Assembly (NCBI GenBank): GCA_022706765.1
Contig: JAKJBX010000009.1
Location: 4,924 to 68,923 of the forward strand
DNA: 64,000 nucleotides
Reading direction: 5' to 3'
Source: Bacillota bacterium
GTDB taxonomy: Bacteria > Bacillota > Clostridia > Monoglobales > Firm-18
Positions 1 to 8,345 of this stretch are shown in pieces (the stretch's first letter is position 1; every line of letters begins with the position of its first letter). Both the position numbers and the translations under genes were made by a program. The notes beneath the pieces are model-generated. The model was not told the DNA's origin, made no database searches, and saw nothing but the letters and a program-made list of their open reading frames with translations.

Positions 1-197
1 GTGCCGACGCCGTCCGTGCCGGACACCAAAACTAAGTTTTTATATTTAGCCGTGTCGATCTCAAACAGCCCGCCGAAGCCGCCGATACCCGACAGCACGC
101 CGCTCGTAAAGGTCTTGCCGACATGTTCCTTCATCAGCCTGACCGCTTCGTAGCCCGCTTCGACGTCCACACCCGCAGCCTTATAGCTCTCGTTCAT
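1..197 (-). CDS. purM: phosphoribosylformylglycinamidine cyclo-ligase (AIR synthase), N-terminal ~65 codons; continues past window start
   Basis: Minus-strand translation from ATG at 195-197 reads [46 protein letters not shown], a PurM N-terminus. ATGA overlap with the purF stop. Confidence 0.8.
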   Translation of the reverse strand, partial: MNESYKAAGVDVEAGYEAVRLMKEHVGKTFTSGVLSGIGGFGGLFEIDTAKYKNLVLVSGTDGVG

Positions 198-1597
198 CAG
201 CATGCACCCCCTTTTGCGTTAAACGGCACGTCCATGGGATAGTTGCCCGTAAAGCACGCATCGCAATGGTCACGTCCTTCCCCGCCCAATATTCGGGACA
301 GGTTTTCAAGGCTTAAATATCCGAGGCTGTCCGCCCCGATGATCTTGCAAGTTTCCTCCACCGTGTGGTTGACCGCGATCAGCATCTCCTGCGACGGGAT
401 GTCCGTACCAAAATAGCAGGGGTACAAAAACGGCGGACAGCTGATGCGCATATGGACCTCCGTCGCACCTGCATCCCGGATCATTTGGACGATGCGCTGC
501 GAGGTGGTGCCTCGGACGATGGAGTCGTCCACCATCACCACACGCTTGCCCCGCACGGTGTCTTTGAGGGCATTGAGCTTGATGCGCACCGCACGCACAC
601 GCTGCTGCTGGGTCGGCTGGATAAAGGTGCGCCCGATGTAGCGGTTTTTGATCAGACCTACGCCGTAGGGGATGCCGCTCTGCTCTGCATAGCCGATGGC
701 GGCGTCTGTGCCGGAGTCGGGCACCGCAATGACGATGTCTGCATCCACGGGGTGCTCCATCGACAAAAAATTGCCCGCCCTGCGCCTTGCGTCATAGACG
801 CTGATGCCCTCTACCACGCTGTCGGGACGTGCAAAATAGATGTATTCAAAAATGCAGATCTTGTGGCCGCCTCCGCAATGGCTTTCATCGGTTCGGATAC
901 CATCCTTGTCGATGGTCACGATCTCGCCCGGTTTAAGGTCACGGACAAACTGTGCGTCAACCGTATCGAGCCCACAGGTTTCAGACGAGAAAATATAGGA
1001 ATGTGCCGTCTTGCCGAAAGAAAGAGGGCGGATACCCCACGGATCACGCACGGCAATCAGCTTCCTCGGGCTCATCACGACCATCGAATAGGAGCCTTTG
1101 AGATAGGGAATCGCCCTTGATATCGCCTCCTCGATGGAGTGGCACTTGATGCGCTCCCGGGCGATGATATAGGCGATGACCTCGGAGTCGCTGGTGGTCT
1201 GAAAAATCGCGCCGTTGTCCTCAAATTCCTTTCTGAGGTCGTGGGCGTTGACGATGTTGCCGTTGTGCGCAATCGTCAGCGTACCCTTTTTGTATTTGCT
1301 GACCAGCGGCTGAGCGTTTTCACGCAGGCTGCTGCCCGATGTGGAATAGCGAACGTGTCCGATACCCATCGTGCCTTTGAGGTGGTTTAAGATGGTGTCG
1401 TTGAACACCTCCGGCACCAGCCCCATATCCTTGTGATAGATGATCGTCCCGTCATCGTTCACGGCAATGCCGCAGCACTCCTGACCGCGGTGCTGCAACG
1501 CATAAAGCCCGTAGTAGATGATGTTTGCCGCATCCTGCTGACCGTCGTAATTATATACCCCGAATACACCGCACTCTTCCTTCAACGCTTCATCCAT
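197..1597 (-). CDS. purF: amidophosphoribosyltransferase
   Basis: [15 protein letters not shown] Ntn-amidotransferase N-terminus and [17 protein letters not shown] loop. GGAAGG RBS before the ATG at 1597. The ORF-track start at 1780 is an upstream in-frame extension. Confidence 0.93.
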   Translation of the reverse strand: MDEALKEECGVFGVYNYDGQQDAANIIYYGLYALQHRGQECCGIAVNDDGTIIYHKDMGLVPEVFNDTILNHLKGTMGIGHVRYSTSGSSLRENAQPLVSKYKKGTLTIAHNGNIVNAHDLRKEFEDNGAIFQTTSDSEVIAYIIARERIKCHSIEEAISRAIPYLKGSYSMVVMSPRKLIAVRDPWGIRPLSFGKTAHSYIFSSETCGLDTVDAQFVRDLKPGEIVTIDKDGIRTDESHCGGGHKICIFEYIYFARPDSVVEGISVYDARRRAGNFLSMEHPVDADIVIAVPDSGTDAAIGYAEQSGIPYGVGLIKNRYIGRTFIQPTQQQRVRAVRIKLNALKDTVRGKRVVMVDDSIVRGTTSQRIVQMIRDAGATEVHMRISCPPFLYPCYFGTDIPSQEMLIAVNHTVEETCKIIGADSLGYLSLENLSRILGGEGRDHCDACFTGNYPMDVPFNAKGGAC

Positions 1598-1637
1598 TTT
1601 GAATAATCCTTCCCTTTCACAAAAACTATTCGCCGTG

Positions 1638-1796
1638 GGCGTGTTGACACCAAACCAAACGCACGCCTTTTTGGCGCATTTTGCACCATACTGTGTTAAA
1701 TTTTCTTGCCGGAAACAGATTATGCCTGCGAAAATTTGCCTTGTCTGGCACAAAATGCGCTCAGACAACCGCACATTCATTCAGTGTCAGCACGCC
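1638..1796 (-). repeat. MITE-like TIR-bounded element, family E copy 1 (~159 bp)
   Basis: Ends GGCGTGTTGACAC (1638-1650) and GTGTCAGCACGCC (1784-1796) are inverted repeats. The reverse complement aligns along its length with 46496-46756, apart from a ~100-bp insert present only there. Confidence 0.7.
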
Positions 1797-2496
1797 CTAA
1801 AAGCCTTTCTAAAATTTCCTTGTACGCGTCCTCAACGTCGCCGAGATCACGCCTGAAACGGTCCTTGTCGAGCTTTTTGTTGGTGTCCTTGTCCCAAAAG
1901 CGGCAGGTGTCGGGCGAGATTTCGTCCGCCAGCACAATGCCGCCCTTAAAACGCCCGAACTCCAACTTGAAGTCGACCAAACGGATACCAAGGTTCAAAA
2001 GGTATTCCTTCAAAATATCGTTGACCCAGAAAGCGATTTTCGTAATGGTCGCAATCTCCTCGTCCGTCGCAAGGCGCAGCGCCTTTGCGTGGTACTCGTT
2101 AATCAGCGGGTCGCCGAGCGCGTCGTCCTTATAAGAAAATTCCAGTGTCGGTATGGCAAGGGGCGTGCCCTCCTCCACGCCGTAGCGCTTTGAGAAGCTG
2201 CCCGCCGCAAGGTTTCGGACGATGACTTCGAGCGGCACGATCTCGACCCTTTTCACGACGGTTTCCTTGTCCGAGATCTCCTCGACAAAGTGGGTGGGGA
2301 TGCCTTTTTCTTCGAGCAGCTTGAAAAAGAAGTTGGACACCCGGTTATTAATGACGCCCTTACCGGCAATAGTACCTTTTTTCTCGCCGTTAAAGGCGGT
2401 GGCATCGTCCTTATAGTCGACGATGACATAGTCTGCGTTGTCGGTTGCAAACACCTTTTTGGCTTTGCCCTCATAGATTTGCTCTAATTTTTTCAT
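1777..2496 (-). CDS. purC: phosphoribosylaminoimidazole-succinocarboxamide synthase
   Basis: [19 protein letters not shown]...[17 protein letters not shown] synthase pattern. Overlaps the purE stop. Confidence 0.93.
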   Translation of the reverse strand: MKKLEQIYEGKAKKVFATDNADYVIVDYKDDATAFNGEKKGTIAGKGVINNRVSNFFFKLLEEKGIPTHFVEEISDKETVVKRVEIVPLEVIVRNLAAGSFSKRYGVEEGTPLAIPTLEFSYKDDALGDPLINEYHAKALRLATDEEIATITKIAFWVNDILKEYLLNLGIRLVDFKLEFGRFKGGIVLADEISPDTCRFWDKDTNKKLDKDRFRRDLGDVEDAYKEILERLLGRADTE

Positions 2497-2996
2497 AGCT
2501 TTTCGACCTCCAATTTGATTTCAGCGTCTTTTTTCGCAACCTCGTCCGCCATCCGTTTTTTATAATCATGCAGCTTTTGCCTCAGATCCTTATCGGCAAG
2601 CGACAGCATCTGAACCGCCAAAAGCGCAGCATTTTCCGCACCATCGATCGCAACGGTCGCAACGGGTATGCCCTTCGGCATCTGTACCATTGACAGCAGT
2701 GAGTCAAGTCCGTCCATCGTAGAGGACTTGATCGGCAGACCGATCACGGGCAGGGGGGTAAACGCCGCAAGCACGCCCGCAAGGTGCGCCGCCTTGCCTG
2801 CCGCACCAATGATGACGCCGATACCGTTTGCTTCGGCGCCCGACGCAAACTGCTCCGCTCTCTGCGGGGTGCGGTGCGCCGAGATGACATGTACCTCATA
2901 GTCCACGCCGAACATCTTTAAAATACCAATACTTTTTTTGATGACCGGGAAATCCGAATCACTCCCCATAACGATTGCAACCTTCAAAATTCTCAC
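2493..2996 (-). CDS. purE: 5-(carboxyamino)imidazole ribonucleotide mutase
   Basis: [13 protein letters not shown] and SAHRTP motifs. The start is GTG at 2996 or TTG at 2987, after AAAGGAG. Confidence 0.88.
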   Translation of the reverse strand: MRILKVAIVMGSDSDFPVIKKSIGILKMFGVDYEVHVISAHRTPQRAEQFASGAEANGIGVIIGAAGKAAHLAGVLAAFTPLPVIGLPIKSSTMDGLDSLLSMVQMPKGIPVATVAIDGAENAALLAVQMLSLADKDLRQKLHDYKKRMADEVAKKDAEIKLEVEKL

Positions 2997-3026
2997 TCCT
3001 TTGTCGTATTCGCCCGCATTCCGGTA

Positions 3027-3971
3027 TTACGATAAAACTTCTATCAGCTTCAATATCAGCGGCATTGTCACAAGGCTTATGACGGTCATGGCAAAAACCG
3101 CCGCCGCGGCATATTTATAGTCGCCCTCCACCTCGTTGGCAACGATGGCTATGATCGTCATACAGGGCATAGCCATCTGCAAAACCACAACGCAAACGGC
3201 GGTGTATGTCAGCCAAAAGGAAAACACCTTTGTCAAAACAAGCGCGGCAAGCGCCGGCATAACAAGCATTTTAACAAGCACAGCGGTATATATTGAGAGC
3301 TTTTTAAAGGTTTCCCGAATGTCGACCTCTGCCATGACAACGCCCACAAACACAAGGGAAAGATAGACCGTCGTCTGTCCAAGCCCCGAAAGCGGCTTGT
3401 AAAGTGTTTCGGGAATTTTTATTTGCAGCAGGAAGAAAAGTACTCCCAAAAATATGCTGACTGTCATCGGATTGACCAGGTGTAAAAGCTGCGCCTTTTT
3501 GGATAGCTTTTGCGCATTTTTATAATCAATGCCCGGCGCCCCTATGAACCAAAAGCATACATCGTTGACAATGTGGTAGAACGCGGCATAGAAAACGCCA
3601 ACCGCACCGAACACCGCGGCAAACAGCGGATAAGCGATAAACGCCACATTACCGAAACTCATCACCGCGACCTGTACACCCTTTGTTTCGGGCTTCATCG
3701 AGGAGCGGCGGACGTAAAACCGCGCGATTCTCAAAAGAACAAAAATCATCCCAAAGGCAAGGACAGCGATCATGCCCGCCTCAGCAAGCAGCGACGGCTT
3801 ATACTCTAAACGCGAGATTGATGTGAATATCATTAAAGGCGCTGCGACCTTTATGATAAGCCGTGACAACCCGTCCCGCACAGTTACGCCCAGCCAGCCG
3901 ACCTTGGTCGCTGCAAAGCTGACGGCGATGATGATGGCGAACATAATAACACTGTCTATCATGGCGTTCAT
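3027..3971 (-). CDS. AEC (auxin efflux carrier) family permease-like polytopic membrane protein
   Basis: 314 aa, about 10 hydrophobic segments, size and topology typical of the AEC family. 30 nt upstream of purE on the same strand. Confidence 0.55.
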   Translation of the reverse strand: MNAMIDSVIMFAIIIAVSFAATKVGWLGVTVRDGLSRLIIKVAAPLMIFTSISRLEYKPSLLAEAGMIAVLAFGMIFVLLRIARFYVRRSSMKPETKGVQVAVMSFGNVAFIAYPLFAAVFGAVGVFYAAFYHIVNDVCFWFIGAPGIDYKNAQKLSKKAQLLHLVNPMTVSIFLGVLFFLLQIKIPETLYKPLSGLGQTTVYLSLVFVGVVMAEVDIRETFKKLSIYTAVLVKMLVMPALAALVLTKVFSFWLTYTAVCVVVLQMAMPCMTIIAIVANEVEGDYKYAAAAVFAMTVISLVTMPLILKLIEVLS

Positions 3972-3999
3972 AATGCCGTATGCTCCTTTAATTTATCAT

Positions 4000-4010
4000 T
4001 CCCACTCGAT
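4000..4010. repeat. att-type direct repeat TCCCACTCGAT (distal copy, orphan guaA 3' end)
   Basis: Identical 11-mer at 9599-9609. The minus strand here reads ..VIEWE-TGA with no attached gene. Confidence 0.7.
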
Positions 4011-4081
4011 AACTGCTTGTTATCTTGGCTTGTTTCCGGTCATTTATCTTAGTTTCTCCTGTCCGTATTGCCTGTATTTTC

Positions 4082-4351
4082 TCATTTGCTTTTGTCCTCC
4101 GATTTTTTCGGTACGCTTTTGGAACGCTTTTCTTTTTCCTCGTCCTCCGGAGCGATTCCGAGCTGCTTCATGTACGTGGTGGCCGCTTCGTTCCAAAAGT
4201 CGGAACGGGAATATTGCCCTTCCTGCTGCTGGCTATGTTCCTCTACGTAGGTATCTATAATGTCGAGCGTCTCGACTGATGCGTGTACGGTAATCGGGAC
4301 GCGTCTGCTTCTTCCTTTCATTGGTCTTCCCAGTGGTCTTGCTTGTGCCAT
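4082..4351 (-). CDS. ribbon-helix-helix (CopG/Arc-like) small protein with lysine/glutamate-rich tail
   Basis: RVPITVHASVETLDIIDTYVEE...SRSDFWNEAATTYMK fits a strand-helix-helix pattern. The start lies 1 nt after the ARH stop. Confidence 0.5.
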   Translation of the reverse strand: MAQARPLGRPMKGRSRRVPITVHASVETLDIIDTYVEEHSQQQEGQYSRSDFWNEAATTYMKQLGIAPEDEEKEKRSKSVPKKSEDKSK

Positions 4352-4352
4352 G

Positions 4353-5312
4353 TTAATCTCTCCTTTGCTCCATGGTACGGTTTATGAGCGCTGCCTCTGT
4401 GAGCCGGTCGAGCCTCTCTTTAACTTCCGGCGCAAGCTCCTTGATCCATCTTTCCGGTATGGCGTCGTATCCGTAGTATGCTCCGGCAAGTCCACCGGTG
4501 ATGGCTGCTATAGTGTCTGCGTCTCCGCCCATGTTGGCGGCGGCGATTATTGCCTCCTCGAAGCTCTCCGCGTTCCAGAACGCTGCGGTTACTGCGCATT
4601 TCATGCTGTCCACTACGTATCCGGTCGGGTTCAGGTCTTCCGTCCTTTTCGCGAGCCGGTCGAGTTCGTATGGGGTTCCGCGCAGTGTGCCGTCGATGAT
4701 CCGGTCTTTGTCTGCGCTCTCTCCTTGTTTAATAACCGCTTCGGTTATTAAGTATAGCATATCCGTGTAAATTTCACAAGCCCTATTTGAATTTTCGTCC
4801 CAGTGTGTCATCTGGGCGACGGCCGTTGCTACTTCGACGGCTTCCAGCCGCTGGTTGTAGTAAAGGCCCGGGTAAACCGTGCGCATGAGCGCACCGTTGC
4901 CTCCGCTGCGGTTTCCGTTTGCCTTGGCGGTATCTTTGCTTGCTTTGAACCATGCGTCCTCTGGCGGCCGTTTAATGCCTCCTGCGGCGGCTCCGTGAAT
5001 GCTGCGGCTGCACGTTCCGCCTATGTCCTTGGGTCCGCTGCGCGCCCATGCTATGAAGCGCTCGCCGATTGCCTCGATGGGGTTCTCCGGTTTTTCCAGT
5101 ATGCCTTCTGCGACGGCCAGCGTCATCTGTGTGTCGTCGGTGATTTCTCCCGGCTCCACGTTGAGCCAACCTCCGCCGATCATATCAGTGACGAGTCCGT
5201 GCCTGCGCTCGATCTGCTCTGCGCTCATGAATTCCAATGGTGCACCGAGGGCGTCTCCTACCGCTACTCCGTATAAGGCTCCTTTGATTGTGTTCTTCAG
5301 GTTTGTTTTCAT
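4353..5312 (-). CDS. ADP-ribosylglycohydrolase family protein (DraG/Tri1-like)
   Basis: GALYGVAVGDALGAPLEF, ITDDTQMTLAVAEGIL and GGDADTIAAITGGLAGAYYG motifs. AAGGAGG RBS. Confidence 0.85.
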   Translation of the reverse strand: MKTNLKNTIKGALYGVAVGDALGAPLEFMSAEQIERRHGLVTDMIGGGWLNVEPGEITDDTQMTLAVAEGILEKPENPIEAIGERFIAWARSGPKDIGGTCSRSIHGAAAGGIKRPPEDAWFKASKDTAKANGNRSGGNGALMRTVYPGLYYNQRLEAVEVATAVAQMTHWDENSNRACEIYTDMLYLITEAVIKQGESADKDRIIDGTLRGTPYELDRLAKRTEDLNPTGYVVDSMKCAVTAAFWNAESFEEAIIAAANMGGDADTIAAITGGLAGAYYGYDAIPERWIKELAPEVKERLDRLTEAALINRTMEQRRD

Positions 5313-5325
5313 GGTTTGTGCCTCC

Positions 5326-5616
5326 TTAAATCTCTAATATTCCGCCGATTAGCTTTATTGCCTCCGGCGTTACCTCTCTGCGGTTCAGTATGGCCTTGTA
5401 GTCATCTCCCCATTTGCTCTCCCATCGTATGCGTGGCGTAACAAAATATCGAAGCTCCGGGTTGTATCTTGACCGGATGCTTAGCTTAGCGATGAGCTGG
5501 TCGTTTACTATCCCGGTCTTGACTTCGTAGACGGCGACTTCTCCTGTCCTTCGGTTTACCTCTCTGCAAATAACTACGATGTCTCGTTCTGTTTTGCTTT
5601 TCTGTGTGTCGTTCAT
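5326..5616 (-). CDS. hypothetical 96-aa protein
   Basis: ATGA-coupled to the upstream gene and 13 nt from the ARH start. No recognisable motif. Confidence 0.5.
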   Translation of the reverse strand: MNDTQKSKTERDIVVICREVNRRTGEVAVYEVKTGIVNDQLIAKLSIRSRYNPELRYFVTPRIRWESKWGDDYKAILNRREVTPEAIKLIGGILEI

Positions 5617-6341
5617 TTGCCTTCTCCTCCCTGTGCGAGCTGTCTTCCCATCTTCATGAGCAGTTCCCGGAAGACGGGCAGGTCACCGTCGTTGCTGTAG
5701 CCGAGCCCGTATGTGTAAATCCTGCAATCTTCGCAGTTGTGCGCTTGGTACCCGTCTCTGTATCTGAGCGCTTCGTCTCTGATCAGGAAGAATGCGACGG
5801 GTCGGTATGTGTCGATGATAGTCCCGCGCTGAGCGTGAATTTCGTATGCCTCGCAGTATGCTGCCTCGTCGCTGATCCAGACGTCGTTCACGTCCTCGTA
5901 TTCGACTTCGTCGTATGGCGGGAGTTCCTTTCCGGACTTCCTTAAATCCTCGAGCATTTCGTCAAATGTCTTGTAGACCTCATACTCAGTGTCCTCGCAT
6001 AGCCATTCGCTTCCGTCGCCCTGTGAAAAGTAGTTCTCTTTTCTTTCCACGACGTGGATCGGGGTTCTGGTTCCGAGGTTGGCGGCAGCTCCTTCGTACT
6101 GCTTCTCAGCGAATTGTGCGAGGTATTTCAGCTCCTGTGCGTTGTATGCGTCGCTCATCATCAGCACTTCTTCTGGGTAAGGGTTCAGGCTCCCGAGTTC
6201 TATTCGTGCGATCCTTGTTCTGTCGATCCCGAGCAGCTCTGACGCTCCTTCTCGGCTGTTTAGGCTGTCATTGAACGATGCGGCCTCTTTTCGTGCTATG
6301 CAGAACACGTTATTAGCTGCCACCGTGGGGTTTTTAGGCAT
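5613..6341 (-). CDS. HTH (XRE-like) N-terminal domain fused to an acidic, Cys/Tyr-containing C-terminal domain of unknown function
   Basis: SELLGIDRTRIARIELGSLNPYPEEVLMMSDAY helix-turn-helix. The C-terminal 150 aa are unassigned. Confidence 0.6.
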   Translation of the reverse strand: MPKNPTVAANNVFCIARKEAASFNDSLNSREGASELLGIDRTRIARIELGSLNPYPEEVLMMSDAYNAQELKYLAQFAEKQYEGAAANLGTRTPIHVVERKENYFSQGDGSEWLCEDTEYEVYKTFDEMLEDLRKSGKELPPYDEVEYEDVNDVWISDEAAYCEAYEIHAQRGTIIDTYRPVAFFLIRDEALRYRDGYQAHNCEDCRIYTYGLGYSNDGDLPVFRELLMKMGRQLAQGGEGK

Positions 6342-6387
6342 ATATTTTTCGCCTCCTTCGTAATATGATTAATGCGTGGTGAGGTTC

Positions 6388-6633
6388 TCACTTCCGGGAG
6401 TCTTCCGCCTCTTTGTTCTCGGAAACTGAGAAGCTCTCTGCAAAAAAAATTGCTGGGCTTATCTCGTATCCGGTCAAACAAAGCTCGACGAGTTCGTCCG
6501 CTGTGAGCCGAATGCCGCCCGTTTCCAATGCGCTGATGCGCTGGACGGTCTTTCCAGTCTTCTTCGCTATGTGCGTCTGTGTTATTCCGCGTGCTTCACG
6601 GTACTCGCGGAGCAGCTGGTAAACCGGTTTCAT
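6388..6633 (-). CDS. XRE-family transcriptional regulator (leftward arm of switch)
   Basis: REARGITQTHIAKKTGKTVQRISALETG HTH. AGGAGG RBS. Consensus promoter upstream. Confidence 0.8.
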   Translation of the reverse strand: MKPVYQLLREYREARGITQTHIAKKTGKTVQRISALETGGIRLTADELVELCLTGYEISPAIFFAESFSVSENKEAEDSRK

Positions 6634-6654
6634 ATGCTCGTCCTCCTTTCGTAG

Positions 6655-6744
6655 TTCTCGATTTCCGAGAAGCTCACGCTTATTATACTTCTCAATTTCC
6701 GAGAAGTCAATACTTATTTCCGTTTTTCCGAGAAGATTATTCTC
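6655..6744. promoter_or_regulatory. three operator-like sites sharing TTTCCGAGAAG, each within a short palindrome
   Basis: TTCTCG-N5-CGAGAA at 6655-6671, ACTTCTC-N7-GAGAAGT at 6687-6707 and GAGAA-N5-TTCTC at 6730-6744. The direct motif TTTCCGAGAAG occurs at 6662, 6696 and 6725. Confidence 0.6.
6682..6710 (-). promoter_or_regulatory. leftward sigma-70-type promoter TTGACT-17-TATAAT
   Basis: -35 at 6705-6710 and -10 at 6682-6687 (minus strand). The spacer contains operator 2. Confidence 0.6.
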
Positions 6745-6768
6745 AAATTACGCGAAATGGTATATAAT
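6740..6768 (+). promoter_or_regulatory. rightward promoter TTCTCA-17-TATAAT
   Basis: -10 TATAAT at 6763-6768. The weak -35 overlaps operator 3. Confidence 0.45.
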
Positions 6769-6789
6769 TCTCTATGGGGGTGAAATTTA

Positions 6790-7188
6790 ATGCTCAAATT
6801 TGGAGATCGCCTTCGGGCGGCTCGGGAAAGAAAAGGCTTGACGCAGGTGGATGTCTATCGTGCGATCGGTCTTAACAATAAATCTCTTTCCCGCTATGAA
6901 AACGAGACGACGGCTCCTGATCCCGATACGCTTCGGGATTTGATTCGTCTCTATGATGTTTCCTCCGACTATATTCTTGGCCTTTCTGATGAAATGGGCT
7001 ACTCTCATCCTTCTGGTAGCAGCCTCACTCCTCCCAAGCTGAGCGAGGACGCTGCTCTGCTTGAACGCCTGTCTTCGCTTCCTCCGGAGGAAAAGGCCAA
7101 GGCGAGCGAGTATGTCGATATGCTAAAAACTCTTTCCGAAGTCAAAACCGGCGAAAATTGTACAGTTGATTTCAAAAGGAAAGCTTAA
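6790..7188 (+). CDS. XRE-family transcriptional regulator (rightward arm of switch)
   Basis: LRAARERKGLTQVDVYRAIGLNNKSLSRYENE HTH. GGGGGTGA RBS. Confidence 0.8.
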   Translation: MLKFGDRLRAARERKGLTQVDVYRAIGLNNKSLSRYENETTAPDPDTLRDLIRLYDVSSDYILGLSDEMGYSHPSGSSLTPPKLSEDAALLERLSSLPPEEKAKASEYVDMLKTLSEVKTGENCTVDFKRKA

Positions 7189-7244
7189 GGCGCGAGCTGC
7201 GGCGATGGTTTGTTTTTTGGGATTGATTTGGGGGTGTTATATTT

Positions 7245-7820
7245 ATGTCTTATAAAGTATGGTCGTCTTGTATGGACGGTTGCTCGTGTTCTCTTTGCGC
7301 TAAGCTGGAAGGAGCCGCGTTGCCTATTGATGATCCGTTCGTCATCGCTGGGCGTTCGGTTCAGGCTCCTCCTTTACATAATGGTTGCCGTTGTTCTTTA
7401 ATGTATCAGGAGAAGCCAGCTCCGGCTCCGATGCGAGCCTTCGAAGCGTTTATTTCTTTCCTCTCGATTGCAAATGAAAGCGACGACTTTTTCGCGGCTG
7501 TTAATGGGTATCATGCCGCTGTGTTTTTCCTGCGTCGTCTTTTAGACTTCTCGGATGCCGAGCTGGGGTCCGCCGGTCTGAAGGGGCGCCGGGAGCTTGC
7601 CGATGACCTTGCCGCCTTGGTCGCCAATCGCGACGCTATTTTCAATGGTGCCATTGTGCGAGCCCATGACCGCGTTTCTCATGACGCTGCTTCTCTAAAA
7701 ACGGAAAGGGGAAGGCGGGCGCGAGTGGATCGGCTGCTGCAGCTGATCACTTCTTCGCAGGAGCTGTCTCCTGCAAACCTGCAGTTCATTCGTTCTATTT
7801 CCGAGGGGGTGCCTATATGA
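7245..7820 (+). CDS. MuF-core (phage Mu F / SPP1 gp7-like Cys motif) protein with helical C-terminal extension
   Basis: WSSCMDGCSCSLCAKLEGAALPIDDPFVIAGRSVQAPPLHNGCRCSLMY resembles the conserved W..D..C..C..L.G....DPF....PP.H.NCRC core. The remaining ~135 aa are unassigned. Confidence 0.55.
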   Translation: MSYKVWSSCMDGCSCSLCAKLEGAALPIDDPFVIAGRSVQAPPLHNGCRCSLMYQEKPAPAPMRAFEAFISFLSIANESDDFFAAVNGYHAAVFFLRRLLDFSDAELGSAGLKGRRELADDLAALVANRDAIFNGAIVRAHDRVSHDAASLKTERGRRARVDRLLQLITSSQELSPANLQFIRSISEGVPI

Positions 7821-8311
7821 ATATCCGTTGTAGTTGTGGTCATGCTTTTAATGCCTCCGTGGACGTGTCCGTCCCGGAGGTTGTTGTTCATTGTCCTTCC
7901 TGCGGTCAGGAGCTTCGGGTCCGCAATCATAAAGCTGCGGCTGCCGCGATGTCCCCGTCTGAGGTCGTCGCTGAAAAGGTGAAGCGCTGCGAGCTGACCT
8001 CTGGCCTCCTGTGGCTCATAATCGGAGCCGTGCAGGTCTTCTTGGTGTATACCGCTGCCGCCGGTGTGTGGAATGTTATTAATGCGATCATTCGGCTCCG
8101 GTCGGTTGGAAATATTCGCGTCGGCAATCCGGAGGTCGTTCCGTGGTACGAAAACCGGCGCACGTCTCTCATCGTCTTCGCTGTTGTTAATATTGTTCTT
8201 GGCGGCGTCGTGGGCGTCGCTCTCGTCGCTTTCGACTGGTGGGTGAGGGATTATGTCATAAAAAATAAAACGGCGTTTGCGGGCGATTCTGCGGCCTCTG
8301 CTGCCAAATAA
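7817..8311 (+). CDS. zinc-ribbon membrane protein (2 predicted TM helices)
   Basis: CSCGH...CPSCG ribbon, then hydrophobic LLWLIIGAVQVFLVYTAAAGVW and LIVFAVVNIVLGGVVGVALVAF. ATGA-coupled to the upstream gene. Confidence 0.55.
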   Translation: MNIRCSCGHAFNASVDVSVPEVVVHCPSCGQELRVRNHKAAAAAMSPSEVVAEKVKRCELTSGLLWLIIGAVQVFLVYTAAAGVWNVINAIIRLRSVGNIRVGNPEVVPWYENRRTSLIVFAVVNIVLGGVVGVALVAFDWWVRDYVIKNKTAFAGDSAASAAK

Positions 8312-8345
8312 AAAGGCGCCACACTGGGCGCCGGAAGGAGGGGCT

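Noticed and set aside
365-1120. 251-aa plus-strand ORF inside purF. Similar long antisense ORFs occur elsewhere, for example 13132-14001, 21830-22585, 22826-23500, 34377-35201, 37801-38403, 41454-42350, 53686-54333 and 55226-55939.
   Set aside because: Each lies fully opposite a gene with strong family motifs. Their translations are Arg/Ala/Gly/His-rich and low-complexity, as expected for shadow frames in GC-rich coding DNA. None has a convincing RBS.
2997-4081. Purine/guanine riboswitch upstream of the purE operon or of guaA (11134-11520).
   Set aside because: I could not find the conserved purine-riboswitch loop and junction sequences on the relevant strand. The spaces are occupied by the permease gene, the island junction or the 99-bp repeats.
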